From positions 17,281-81,280 of the forward strand of contig JBMQEM010000023.1 in NCBI GenBank assembly GCA_049363815.1: a stretch of 64,000 nt of DNA, given 5' to 3'. The DNA comes from Bacteroidota bacterium (lineage in GTDB: Bacteria; Bacteroidota; Bacteroidia; AKYH767-A; 2013-40CM-41-45). Under the pieces are notes generated by a model that did no database searches, had not been told where the DNA came from, and worked only from the letters and a program-made list of their open reading frames with translations. Position numbers and translations under genes: made by a program. Below, piece by piece: positions 18,494 through 27,414 of this stretch; position 1 is the first letter of the stretch, and each line of letters begins with the position of its first letter.

Positions 18494-20554
18494 ATGCAAT
18501 TTATCTATCCTGAATTCCTTTTCGCCCTCTCGGTCCTGGCAATACCTGTCATTATCCATCTTTTCAATTTCCGGCGATTCAAAAAGATCTATTTTACGAA
18601 TGTCAGGTTTCTTAAAGAGATCAAACAAGACACACAGTCCAAGTCGAAATTAAAACACCTTCTGGTTTTGTTGTCGCGCTTACTTGCTCTGACATTTCTT
18701 GTACTGGCATTTGCTCAGCCATTTATTCCTGCCAATAACAACAAAGTACAGACCGGTACAAAACGGGTCAGTATCTACGTTGATAATTCATTCAGTATGG
18801 ATGCTCTTGGGAAAAGCGGTAGCCTTCTTGAGACAGCAAAAAAGAAAGCACGTGAGATCGCTAATGCATATAAACCATCCGATGAATTTCAACTCCTGAC
18901 TTCTTCTTTTGAAGGTCGTCATCAGAGATTGGTGAACAGAGATGAATTCATCAGGATCTTAGATGAAATTCAACCTACTTCATCTGTCCATACCATTTCT
19001 GAAATACTGCAACGTCAGCAAGATGCATTATTCAGTGAAGGGAAATCAAAAACTTCCAAAACAGCTTACATAATTTCTGATTTCCAGCAAAGTACTTTTA
19101 ATCTGGAAAACGCTAAGATCGATTCTGCACTTCAGGTCTCATTGGTTCCTGTAGCTGCGTCTGCAATGAATAACCTATTTATTGATACTTGCTATCTTGC
19201 AACACCATTTGTTCAACTGAATACTCCGAATGAACTGGTTGTAAAGATCAGGAATACCGGCGGTACTGATGTTGAAAATATTCCCCTTAAATTACTGATC
19301 AACGATACTCAAAAAGCCATTGCGAGTATTTCTGTAAACTCAAATTCCAGTGTTGAAACAAAGTTGAATTTTACAATTTCTACCGGCGGCTGGCAACGGG
19401 CTCAGCTCAACATTGCAGATTACCCGATCACATTCGACGATAATTTCTTTTTCAATTTCAATGTCAGGACTAACCTTCAGGTGCTGTGTATCAATGGCGA
19501 TCAGCCCTCTCCTGCTTTAAATGCTGTTTTCGGAAATGACCCTTACTTTAGTCTGAAGAACAGTAATCAGAACCAGATCGATTATTCTGCATTTTCCTTT
19601 ATGCAATTGATCGTTCTGAATGAACTGACTGATTATTCATCAGGACTTATCCAGGAGTTAAAAAGATATACTGCAAAAGGCGGTTCAGTGTTTGTGATCC
19701 CATCTGTAAATGCAAACATCAGTAACTATAATAACCTCTTTTCAGAATTGGCTATCAATTCGTTTGGAACAAAGGTTCAGCAACAGCTGAAAGTGGAGAA
19801 GCTCGAAGTCAGACACCCTCTATTCACAGGCGTTTTTGAAAAAGGAAAGAACATTCCTGAAAATATGGATCTGCCAATGGTCAATTCCTATTATCCAATT
19901 ATGAGAAACAGTAAATCCGTTTCAGAAACTGTAATGAAATTAACCGGTGGAAGTACTTACTTAAGTTCTAATCAATCCGGAAGAGGAGTTGTTTATGTTC
20001 TTGCTTCATCATTACAACCTGAAGATGGAAATTTTTCACGTCATGCATTGTTTGTTCCTGTATTGTTAAGAGCGGCATTGCGCGGATCATCAGAAATAAA
20101 TAAGCCGTTGATCATCGGTGAAGACCATGATTTTGGAATCAGCGACACGCTGATCTCGGCAGACAATGTTTTTCATCTTGTCAATACAAAAGAGAAATTC
20201 GACATCATACCTGAAAGTAAAATTTACAACAACGCCACAGTCCTTTCAGTGCATGATCAGATCAAGAAAGCAGAGAATTACGACCTGAATGCAGGAAATG
20301 CATTGGTTGCTGTTGAATCTTTTAATTTCAACAGGAAGGAGTCTGACCTGGGTGTCTTCTCCCCTTCTGAATTGACAGAGCTAAGTTCTAAATACGGAAA
20401 TTCAAAAATAAATGTGATAGAGACAGAAGGTAGAGATCTTTCACACAGTATTGCTCAGCTCAATGAAGGCAAAAGATTATGGAAATACTGTATCATTCTG
20501 GTACTTGTATTTCTTGCAATAGAAATTTTGTTGATCCGATTTTTCAGAAAATAA
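18494..20554 (+). CDS. BatA-like protein with N-terminal double-transmembrane domain
   Basis: The ATG at 18494 gives MQFIYPEFLFALSVLAIPVIIHLFNFRR (TIGR02226-type N-terminus). C-terminal TM helix. The track's TTG at 18470 is less likely. Confidence 0.7.
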   Translation: MQFIYPEFLFALSVLAIPVIIHLFNFRRFKKIYFTNVRFLKEIKQDTQSKSKLKHLLVLLSRLLALTFLVLAFAQPFIPANNNKVQTGTKRVSIYVDNSFSMDALGKSGSLLETAKKKAREIANAYKPSDEFQLLTSSFEGRHQRLVNRDEFIRILDEIQPTSSVHTISEILQRQQDALFSEGKSKTSKTAYIISDFQQSTFNLENAKIDSALQVSLVPVAASAMNNLFIDTCYLATPFVQLNTPNELVVKIRNTGGTDVENIPLKLLINDTQKAIASISVNSNSSVETKLNFTISTGGWQRAQLNIADYPITFDDNFFFNFNVRTNLQVLCINGDQPSPALNAVFGNDPYFSLKNSNQNQIDYSAFSFMQLIVLNELTDYSSGLIQELKRYTAKGGSVFVIPSVNANISNYNNLFSELAINSFGTKVQQQLKVEKLEVRHPLFTGVFEKGKNIPENMDLPMVNSYYPIMRNSKSVSETVMKLTGGSTYLSSNQSGRGVVYVLASSLQPEDGNFSRHALFVPVLLRAALRGSSEINKPLIIGEDHDFGISDTLISADNVFHLVNTKEKFDIIPESKIYNNATVLSVHDQIKKAENYDLNAGNALVAVESFNFNRKESDLGVFSPSELTELSSKYGNSKINVIETEGRDLSHSIAQLNEGKRLWKYCIILVLVFLAIEILLIRFFRK

Positions 20555-20566
20555 AAAACTACAGCA

Positions 20567-21835
20567 ATGAAGATCATTCTTAAAAATGTGCATGTTTTAT
20601 CACCGGGAAGTAAACATCATATGAAGGTGAAAGACCTCCTGATCAATTCGGGAATGATTGAAAGAATAGCAGATGGAAATACGATCACTGATAAAGATGC
20701 CAGGGTTATCGAAGGAAAAAATAATTACGTCAGTGCCGGCTGGTTCGACCTTCATGTAAATTTCCGGGAGCCCGGTCATGAATACAAAGAAGGGTTATCA
20801 AACGGCTGCAAAGCTGCTGCCAATGGCGGATTTACAGGGGTTTTATTAATGCCTTCAACTGAACCTGCGATATCTTCAAAAGCTGCAATTGAATATGTAG
20901 TTCAAAAAACAAAGACAGAGATCGTTGATGTGATCCCGGCAGGAGCATTATCAGTGAATCGTGATGGCAAAGACTTAAGTGAAATGTACGACATGTCACT
21001 TGCCGGAACAAAAGTATTTACAGACGACAAAAGGCCAATCTCCGATTCCGGTTTATTGATCCGGGCCTTACAATATTCACACAATTTCAAAGGCAAGATC
21101 TTTTCTTTTGCAGAAGACAAATACATCGCCGGTAAAGGTCAGATGAACGAAGGGGTCACTTCTACTCAATCCGGATTGAAAGGCTCTCCGGCTTTGGCAG
21201 AAGAAGTTAATATCAATCGTGATCTCTTCATTGCAGAATATTGCAATTGTCCGATTCACTTCTCCACTATATCAAGTGCCGGAAGTGTTGCTCTCATCCG
21301 AGCAGCAAAAGCAAAAGGAATTAAAGTTACCTGCGATGTGGCAGTTGTCAATCTACTTTTCACTGAAGAGAAACTTTCAGGCTTCGATACCAACTTCAAA
21401 GTAAAGCCGCCTTTAAGGACAGAACATGACCGGCTGGCGCTGATCGAAGGATTGGTTGACGGCACAATTGATTGCATCACCTCTGATCACTGTCCTGACG
21501 ATGTAGAGAATAAACTGAAAGAATTCGAATTGGCCAACTTCGGAATCTCAAGTATCGATACAGCGTTTGCCGTTGCAAGAACGGCTACAAAAGACAAATT
21601 AAATCTGGCTGAACTTGTATCCAAATTCACAAATCACCCTAAATGTTGTGCTGCACAAAAAACAATATTGATTGAAGAAGGAAATCAAGCAAATCTTACA
21701 GTCTTCGATCCTGATCATAAATGGACTGTGCAATCGACCGACATAAAATCTGCTTCCAAGAATACTCCATTCATTGGAGTTGAACTTATCGGAAAACCGG
21801 TTTGTGTGATTAATAAGGGGATGGTGTCGCTCTAG
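20567..21835 (+). CDS. pyrC: Dihydroorotase (amidohydrolase superfamily)
   Basis: Metal-binding DLHVNFREPG and ITSDHCP motifs. 422 aa. Confidence 0.85.
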   Translation: MKIILKNVHVLSPGSKHHMKVKDLLINSGMIERIADGNTITDKDARVIEGKNNYVSAGWFDLHVNFREPGHEYKEGLSNGCKAAANGGFTGVLLMPSTEPAISSKAAIEYVVQKTKTEIVDVIPAGALSVNRDGKDLSEMYDMSLAGTKVFTDDKRPISDSGLLIRALQYSHNFKGKIFSFAEDKYIAGKGQMNEGVTSTQSGLKGSPALAEEVNINRDLFIAEYCNCPIHFSTISSAGSVALIRAAKAKGIKVTCDVAVVNLLFTEEKLSGFDTNFKVKPPLRTEHDRLALIEGLVDGTIDCITSDHCPDDVENKLKEFELANFGISSIDTAFAVARTATKDKLNLAELVSKFTNHPKCCAAQKTILIEEGNQANLTVFDPDHKWTVQSTDIKSASKNTPFIGVELIGKPVCVINKGMVSL

Positions 21836-21881
21836 TTTGGAGAGGACTGACTCTCTAAGTCAAGAATCAGAGGCCAATCTT

Positions 21882-21929
21882 AGGTCAAAGGTTCAAGGTT
21901 AAAGGTCAAGCGGATGGAAAAGCCGGGAC
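21882..21929. repeat. Degenerate heptad array (AGGTYMA)x4 plus GGATGGAAAA core remnant, no partner arm
   Basis: aggtcaa aggttca aggttaa aggtcaa gcggatggaaaagccggg, located 3' of the dihydroorotase gene. Confidence 0.6.
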
Positions 21930-22145
21930 TTTTAATATGAAAGTCAGAAGAAAAAAGTCAAAAGAAAAAAGAAAAACGTGCTGACATAAAAAGATACTAC
22001 AGTTTATATCGAAAACTTTATTGTCGTCAGCTTTATTGCCGTCAGCTTCAGCTGACGGATGAAAAGGAAGAGTGAAGTTTAATGGCTTTAGCCACATCAA
22101 TACACTCAAAAAATAATAATCTACTCCCTTTAAATAATTAAGTGT

Positions 22146-22613
22146 ATGGTAAAAGTATTAATGGTTTGTCTGGGAAATATCTGTCGATCACCAATGGCCG
22201 AAGGGATATTAAGGAAAAAGATAGAACATAATAATCTAGATATCTTTGTTGATTCTGCAGGCACTGCAAATTTCCATGTCGGAGAAAGTCCGGATGCAAG
22301 GGCGATAAAAACAGCAAAGAAATTTGGTGTCGATATTTCTCCTTTGCGTGGTCGACAGTTTTCAGAAATTGACTTCGACAATTTTGATCATATTTTTGTA
22401 ATGGATGATTCCAATCGTTCAAATGTTTTGAAACTTGCGCGAAACGAAAATGACAGAAAAAAAGTAAGATTGTTTCTCGATCTGACTGATGAGTTTCGTT
22501 CCAAAGATGTACCTGATCCATGGTTCGGCGGTGATGAAGGATTTATCGAAGTTTTTGAAATGCTTGATAAAGCATGTGAAAATTTTCTGCAACGTGAATT
22601 AAAGACGAACTAA
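22146..22613 (+). CDS. Low-molecular-weight protein-tyrosine phosphatase
   Basis: CX5R(S) P-loop VLMVCLGNICRSPMAEG and the DPW/DP loop. Confidence 0.9.
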   Translation: MVKVLMVCLGNICRSPMAEGILRKKIEHNNLDIFVDSAGTANFHVGESPDARAIKTAKKFGVDISPLRGRQFSEIDFDNFDHIFVMDDSNRSNVLKLARNENDRKKVRLFLDLTDEFRSKDVPDPWFGGDEGFIEVFEMLDKACENFLQRELKTN

Positions 22614-23314
22614 TGCCGACAGTTGTCTATCTCATACCTACTTTTCTTTCCGACGACCAGACTGATGTGCTTACTGCATCATCATTGGCCATCGTCAGAG
22701 AAATTGATGAGTTTGTCGTAGAGAATGAAAAAACAGCTCGCGCATTTTTGAAAAAGATAGGCAGTAAGATCAGTCAGTCGAATTTTATTTTTCACGAACT
22801 GAATGAACATACTGATCAGAAATCCATTTCAGAATTAGCCACTATATTTAAAAAAAATAAACCGATCGGAGTTTTAAGTGAAGCAGGTTGTCCTGCTGTT
22901 GCTGACCCGGGAAGTGAATTTGTAAAACTTGCACATCAGAACAATGTAAAGGTTATTCCACTTATCGGTCCTGCTTCCATGCTTCTTGCATTGATGGCAA
23001 GCGGTATGAATGGTCAATCGTTTTGCTTTCATGGATATTTGCCCAGAGAAAGCGGGCCAAGAAAGCAGAAACTGAAAGACCTGGAAAAAGATGCCCTGAA
23101 AAAAGATCAGTCGCAATTGTTCATTGAAACGCCGTACAGGAATCAGCAGATGTTGGGTGATATTCTAGTTTCATTAAATAATCAGACCCGTCTTTGCATA
23201 GCTTTTGACATAACCGGAACCGGTGAGTTTATCAGAACTTTGAACATCGCCGACTGGAAAAATCAGAAAATAGATTTTCATAAGAAGCCTGCAGTTTTTA
23301 TAATTGGAAAATGA
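22613..23314 (+). CDS. SAM-dependent methyltransferase, tetrapyrrole-methylase (RsmI-like) fold
   Basis: VLSEAGCPAVADPG and IETPYRNQQM blocks. Start overlaps the upstream stop (TAATG). Confidence 0.75.
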   Translation: MPTVVYLIPTFLSDDQTDVLTASSLAIVREIDEFVVENEKTARAFLKKIGSKISQSNFIFHELNEHTDQKSISELATIFKKNKPIGVLSEAGCPAVADPGSEFVKLAHQNNVKVIPLIGPASMLLALMASGMNGQSFCFHGYLPRESGPRKQKLKDLEKDALKKDQSQLFIETPYRNQQMLGDILVSLNNQTRLCIAFDITGTGEFIRTLNIADWKNQKIDFHKKPAVFIIGK

Positions 23315-23324
23315 ATTTGATAAA

Positions 23325-23831
23325 ATGAACATTCGTCCTGCCACCATTGATGATGTCAAACAGATCTTTGAATTTGTAAAGATCATTGCTGTCAAAGAAA
23401 CGAATAATGTCATTTCATTACCGGAAGAATTCAGTTCTACAATTGCCGATCAGGAAAAGTGGATCAGATATTATTCGGAAAATGAAGATGCTCTTCTGCT
23501 CGTCGCTGAAACAGAAGGAAAGATTGTCGGAGTTCTCGATTTCAAAACACATCCGAAGATAAGGATGTCGCACAGCGGTGAATTCGGTATCAGCATTCTT
23601 CCCGAATATCAGAATCAGAAGATAGGCAGTAAGATGATTGAATATTTATTGCACTGGTCCACTACCCGACCAAAAATAAAAAAGATCAATCTTTGCGTCT
23701 TCCATCCGAATACAAGAGCCATTCATGTCTACAAAAAACTTGGCTTTGAAATTGAAGGGGTGCAAGTTGGTGCAGTGCAGATCTCTGAGGGGGAGTTTAT
23801 TGATTTGGTGATGATGGCGAGGATTGTTTGA
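23325..23831 (+). CDS. GNAT family N-acetyltransferase
   Basis: The ATG at 23325 gives MNIRPATIDDV. Acetyl-CoA motif QNQKIGSKMIEYLL. Confidence 0.8.
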   Translation: MNIRPATIDDVKQIFEFVKIIAVKETNNVISLPEEFSSTIADQEKWIRYYSENEDALLLVAETEGKIVGVLDFKTHPKIRMSHSGEFGISILPEYQNQKIGSKMIEYLLHWSTTRPKIKKINLCVFHPNTRAIHVYKKLGFEIEGVQVGAVQISEGEFIDLVMMARIV

Positions 23832-23852
23832 GTTTCCTTCTTATATGATTTT

Positions 23853-23873
23853 TAACACTAAGATCACTAAAAT
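23853..23873 (+). repeat. TTAACACTAAG motif copy (with CACTAA direct repeat)
   Basis: tttaacactaagatcactaaaa, 22 nt after the GNAT stop codon. The same 11-mer occurs at 3981 (+) and 24166-24156 (-). Confidence 0.8.
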
Positions 23874-24120
23874 TTGTCACAAGAGCACATTAAACAATTT
23901 CAATGAACTACCGAAAACCTAATCAGTTGTGAAAATTAGATCAATTGAATGGGTGTTCAATCCAGAAAGGACGTTCTTATAGAAAATCGTCAGATAGACT
24001 TCATTCACCCTTCTTTCATTCTCTTCATAAACTTTTGCACTACTTATTTGGGCGTTTTGAGAATTGAGAATATCAGACCTATTATCAACTGCTGTGTTAA
24101 AAACTTAATGACCTCGTATG

Positions 24121-24166
24121 TTTGAAAAATAAACACCAAGTGCACTAAGAGTTCACTTAGTGTTAA
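24121..24166 (-). terminator. Putative intrinsic terminator containing TTAACACTAAG (minus sense)
   Basis: CACTAAG/CTTAGTG 7-bp stem (24143-24162). On the minus strand it is followed by GGTGTTTATTTTTC. Confidence 0.5.
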
Positions 24167-24194
24167 AAATTCTTTATAATTTTTTATTCCAAAC

Positions 24195-24599
24195 TCACCG
24201 CTTCATAAAAGTCACTTCCTCATCCGAATTGTCATCATCGTAAAATTCAACTTTTGTTGAAGTCTCTGATCGGATGTGCCAGCGCTTGCTTAGTTTATCC
24301 AGAGGCTCGACATTGCCAAGAGCGATCCGGAATTCGTCGCTGCCGTCGTCATCGTCTTCGGCATACCAGGAACCGACTGTGGTTCCGTAAACACATGTAG
24401 CTGTTAGTTCCCCATTGGTATTAAAAACAAATGTGTAGTCCTCAAAATGATAAGTTTCATCATCACCATCTTCAAGAAATTGACTGATGTACCAGGTACC
24501 GGTTGTCAAAACCCCCTGTGCCGGTATGCCTGCTCCTTTCTCCTTTTTACATGCAAAAGAAAAAATAATAAAAATTACTAAAATTGATTTTAACTTCAT
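24195..24599 (-). CDS. Hypothetical lipoprotein, acidic
   Basis: MKLKSILVIFIIFSFAC lipobox. D/E-rich. No family recognised. Confidence 0.6.
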   Translation of the reverse strand: MKLKSILVIFIIFSFACKKEKGAGIPAQGVLTTGTWYISQFLEDGDDETYHFEDYTFVFNTNGELTATCVYGTTVGSWYAEDDDDGSDEFRIALGNVEPLDKLSKRWHIRSETSTKVEFYDDDNSDEEVTFMKR

Positions 24600-24766
24600 C
24601 CTAATCTTCCTTTTTCCCTTCAAGATTCCTTGTTCAAATATAAACTTTTACCGGTCTGTATCATAAATGACGTAACTCAACAGGTATAAATGACCTCTGA
24701 AACGGCACTTTTCCGTCTTAAAGTAGCTCAAGAAACATGAATTTTACCCCAATCTTGCTCTACTTT

Positions 24767-25684
24767 CTACCTGCCACTGACGGAAGGGACATCTTCCACG
24801 GACAGAATTCTGATATCAAATACCAATGCTTTGTATGGCGGAACAATAAAGGTTCCGTTTTTCGGATTGCGGATTCCTTCTTCTCCATAAGCCAATGAAG
24901 AGGGAACGATCAAGGTGAATTTACTTCCGGCATTCAGATCTTTCATTGCCAGTTCCCAGCCTTTGATCACACGATGGGTTCCACTGACAAATGAATATGG
25001 ACGACCTGCTGATTTGGTGCCGTCAAATACTTTCCCATCGGTGAAGCGGCCTTCGTATTCCAGTGTAACAATTTTTCCACTGTCAATTGTAGCACCTTTT
25101 CCATGCTCATGTACGATCAGATAATAACCTTCGTCTGAAGGAGTGATCTTTATGTTCTGGTCAAATATATATTTATTCAACTCTGCCTTCTCTTTCTTTT
25201 CCGCAGCACTCAACTTCATCAGAATTTCTTCTTCAGCTTCCTGAGGTGTCTGAATATTCAGTACCTTAATATCAAACTTAACTAACGTTCCGGAAGTAAA
25301 TCCTGTTTCCGATTGCGGAATTACCATTCCTGATTTCCCCGCAAACAAATATGCATACAGCGAATCAGCTGGGACATAAAAAGTAGCACTGTCATTCTTG
25401 GCCAGATTCAGAAGCCCGTCTTCAAAACTTCCCTTGAATGGAATTTTATCAAGCTGAAACCTCAGTGGCAGTGCTGAATTTCTTGAATCAAACAGGATTG
25501 AATCCTTGTCATTTCTGTACACCATGATCAATGTAACATAATCACCTAGCTGAATTTTCTGGCCTTCTGATTTGGTATAGATTACATATTTAAAACCGGA
25601 TTCCGTTTTCTTCTCTTCACCTTTCTTCTGATTACAGCCAAACAGAGTTGCAGCAATCAGGAGAAACAGATTTATTTTTTTCAT
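24767..25684 (-). CDS. FKBP-type peptidyl-prolyl cis-trans isomerase (lipoprotein)
   Basis: C-terminal FKBP block VIKGWELAMKDLNAGSKFTLIVPSSLAYGE. Lipobox LFGC. Confidence 0.85.
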   Translation of the reverse strand: MKKINLFLLIAATLFGCNQKKGEEKKTESGFKYVIYTKSEGQKIQLGDYVTLIMVYRNDKDSILFDSRNSALPLRFQLDKIPFKGSFEDGLLNLAKNDSATFYVPADSLYAYLFAGKSGMVIPQSETGFTSGTLVKFDIKVLNIQTPQEAEEEILMKLSAAEKKEKAELNKYIFDQNIKITPSDEGYYLIVHEHGKGATIDSGKIVTLEYEGRFTDGKVFDGTKSAGRPYSFVSGTHRVIKGWELAMKDLNAGSKFTLIVPSSLAYGEEGIRNPKNGTFIVPPYKALVFDIRILSVEDVPSVSGR

Positions 25685-26205
25685 TTGTTAATCTTTAATA
25701 ATGTTACATCAATATATAATGCCGCTCCGGGTGGGATCTTGTCCCCATCGCCACTCAGTCCGTAAGCAAGGTGGTTTGGAATTACCAGTCTTGCACTTTC
25801 ACCGGGAATCATCTTCATTATACCCTCTTCAAGACCACGGATCTGTATGCCCTCACCCAACCTGAATGCAATTGGATTTGTTGTATCTGCCTCATAACAT
25901 AATGTCCCATCAAGTAAAAAAACCTTACAGACTATCTGTACTTCTTCATGTTCTGCCGGTGGAACTCCGTTCTTGGCTCTCGCATAGACCTGTATCCGCA
26001 ATCCGGTGCCTGTATTTTCAGTTTTAAATTGACGACTCTTGATGAACTCTTCAATCTCCTGAGACTCCTTCTGGACCCTGTTCCTGCTAGCATCAGTAAG
26101 TCTGTCTGATATTTCCTGTTCAGTCAGCCTGCTTTGCTGTGGTTCTTTCTTCTGTGTACACGAAGCTAATGCAAACACAAATATCGTTAAGAATATATTT
26201 TTCAT
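25681..26205 (-). CDS. FKBP-type peptidyl-prolyl cis-trans isomerase
   Basis: IRGLEEGIMKMIPGESARLVIPNHLAYG. 4-bp overlap with the downstream paralog. Confidence 0.85.
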   Translation of the reverse strand: MKNIFLTIFVFALASCTQKKEPQQSRLTEQEISDRLTDASRNRVQKESQEIEEFIKSRQFKTENTGTGLRIQVYARAKNGVPPAEHEEVQIVCKVFLLDGTLCYEADTTNPIAFRLGEGIQIRGLEEGIMKMIPGESARLVIPNHLAYGLSGDGDKIPPGAALYIDVTLLKINK

Positions 26206-27227
26206 CCGGCCGAATTCAATTCATTCTTGTGTACAGGCAACAGATCAAGAAATTTCTTCACTGTTTCATGTAAAGAAAGTTCCGATCTTCCACCAGAGGC
26301 ATTTTTATGTCCGCCACCACTAAAATATTTTCCGGAAAATTCTTTCACGGAAAAATCACCTTTTGAACGGAATGATATTTTAATCAATCCGTCTTTCTCC
26401 GAAAAGAAAGCAGCAAACCTGATTCCGTTTATACTTAATGCATAATTGACCAACCCTTCTGTATCTCCGCTTTTATGATTGAACATTTCAAGTTCTGCTT
26501 GCGATAATGCAAGGTAAGCAGTATTGAATTCAGGTAAAACGATCAGTTTTTCCTTCAGCGAATATCCAAGTAAACGTAATCTGTTTTCAGTACTGGTATC
26601 ATAAACTCTTTCATGGATCCGGTAATTCTCTGCTCCAGCTTCCATAAGACTTGCAATGATCCTGTGCACATCCGCCTTCATTGATGAATAGCGAAATGAA
26701 TTTGTATCAGTCATGATACCACAATACAAACATTCAGCAATTTCTTTATTGATCTTGCCTGAATCACCTAAAGCATCAATGAAGCGATAGATCAATTCAC
26801 AAGTTGAACATGCTTCAGTGAATGAAAAAACATGATCGTAAACGTTTTCAGGATCCAGATGATGATCGATCAATACTTTTTTTGCTCCTGACTTCCGAAG
26901 ATCGCTTTCCATTGCATCTACTCTGCTCAGCCAGTTAAAATCCAGACAAAAAATCAAATCTGCATTACTGAGAAGTTCCTGGGCCTGCTTTGTTGAATAT
27001 TCAAAATTGACTACAATGTTATTCGAAGGTAACCAATAAAGGAAATCCGGATAATCACTTGGAGTTACCACATTGACATTGCAACCTAATAATTTCAGAT
27101 AATTGTACAATCCCAATGATGACCCCATGGCATCACCATCAGGACGATGGTGCGTCGTGATCACTATGTTTTTCGAATCGCTGATCAATTTTTTTACTGC
27201 AGTGACCTCTGCCGGTGGGAATTGCAT
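26202..27227 (-). CDS. nrnA: Bifunctional oligoribonuclease / pAp phosphatase NrnA (DHH family)
   Basis: DHH motifs HHRPDGDAMGS and DHH, and DHHA1 GGGHKNASGG. The ATG at 27227 is preferred over the TTG at 27254. Confidence 0.85.
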   Translation of the reverse strand: MQFPPAEVTAVKKLISDSKNIVITTHHRPDGDAMGSSLGLYNYLKLLGCNVNVVTPSDYPDFLYWLPSNNIVVNFEYSTKQAQELLSNADLIFCLDFNWLSRVDAMESDLRKSGAKKVLIDHHLDPENVYDHVFSFTEACSTCELIYRFIDALGDSGKINKEIAECLYCGIMTDTNSFRYSSMKADVHRIIASLMEAGAENYRIHERVYDTSTENRLRLLGYSLKEKLIVLPEFNTAYLALSQAELEMFNHKSGDTEGLVNYALSINGIRFAAFFSEKDGLIKISFRSKGDFSVKEFSGKYFSGGGHKNASGGRSELSLHETVKKFLDLLPVHKNELNSAG

Positions 27228-27350
27228 ACTGTGCCTAATTATTTGGTATTGCAAGGAAATTTTTTGTCTGACTATTGATGATTTTTATTGGATAAATTAT
27301 TCAAACAGATATGTAATAAATCTCAGCCTGATTCTTTACATTCAAGAATT

Positions 27351-27410
27351 CCTTGGTCTCCTTGTGTTCCTGGTGTTCTTGTGTTTTATTTTGTGTATAA
27401 TTTGTGTTTA
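27351..27410. repeat. Six degenerate tandem YTTGTGT words at 9-12 bp spacing
   Basis: ttggtc 27353, ttgtgt 27362, tggtgt 27371, ttgtgt 27379, 27391 and 27402. Immediately 3' of the S8 peptidase gene (reads ACACAA on its sense strand). Confidence 0.8.
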
Positions 27411-27414
27411 ATTC

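Noticed and set aside
21906-22109. 67-aa minus-strand ORF in the pyrC/PTP spacer
   Set aside because: Its translation is driven by the poly-purine and word repeats of the spacer (low complexity). It has no promoter or start context.
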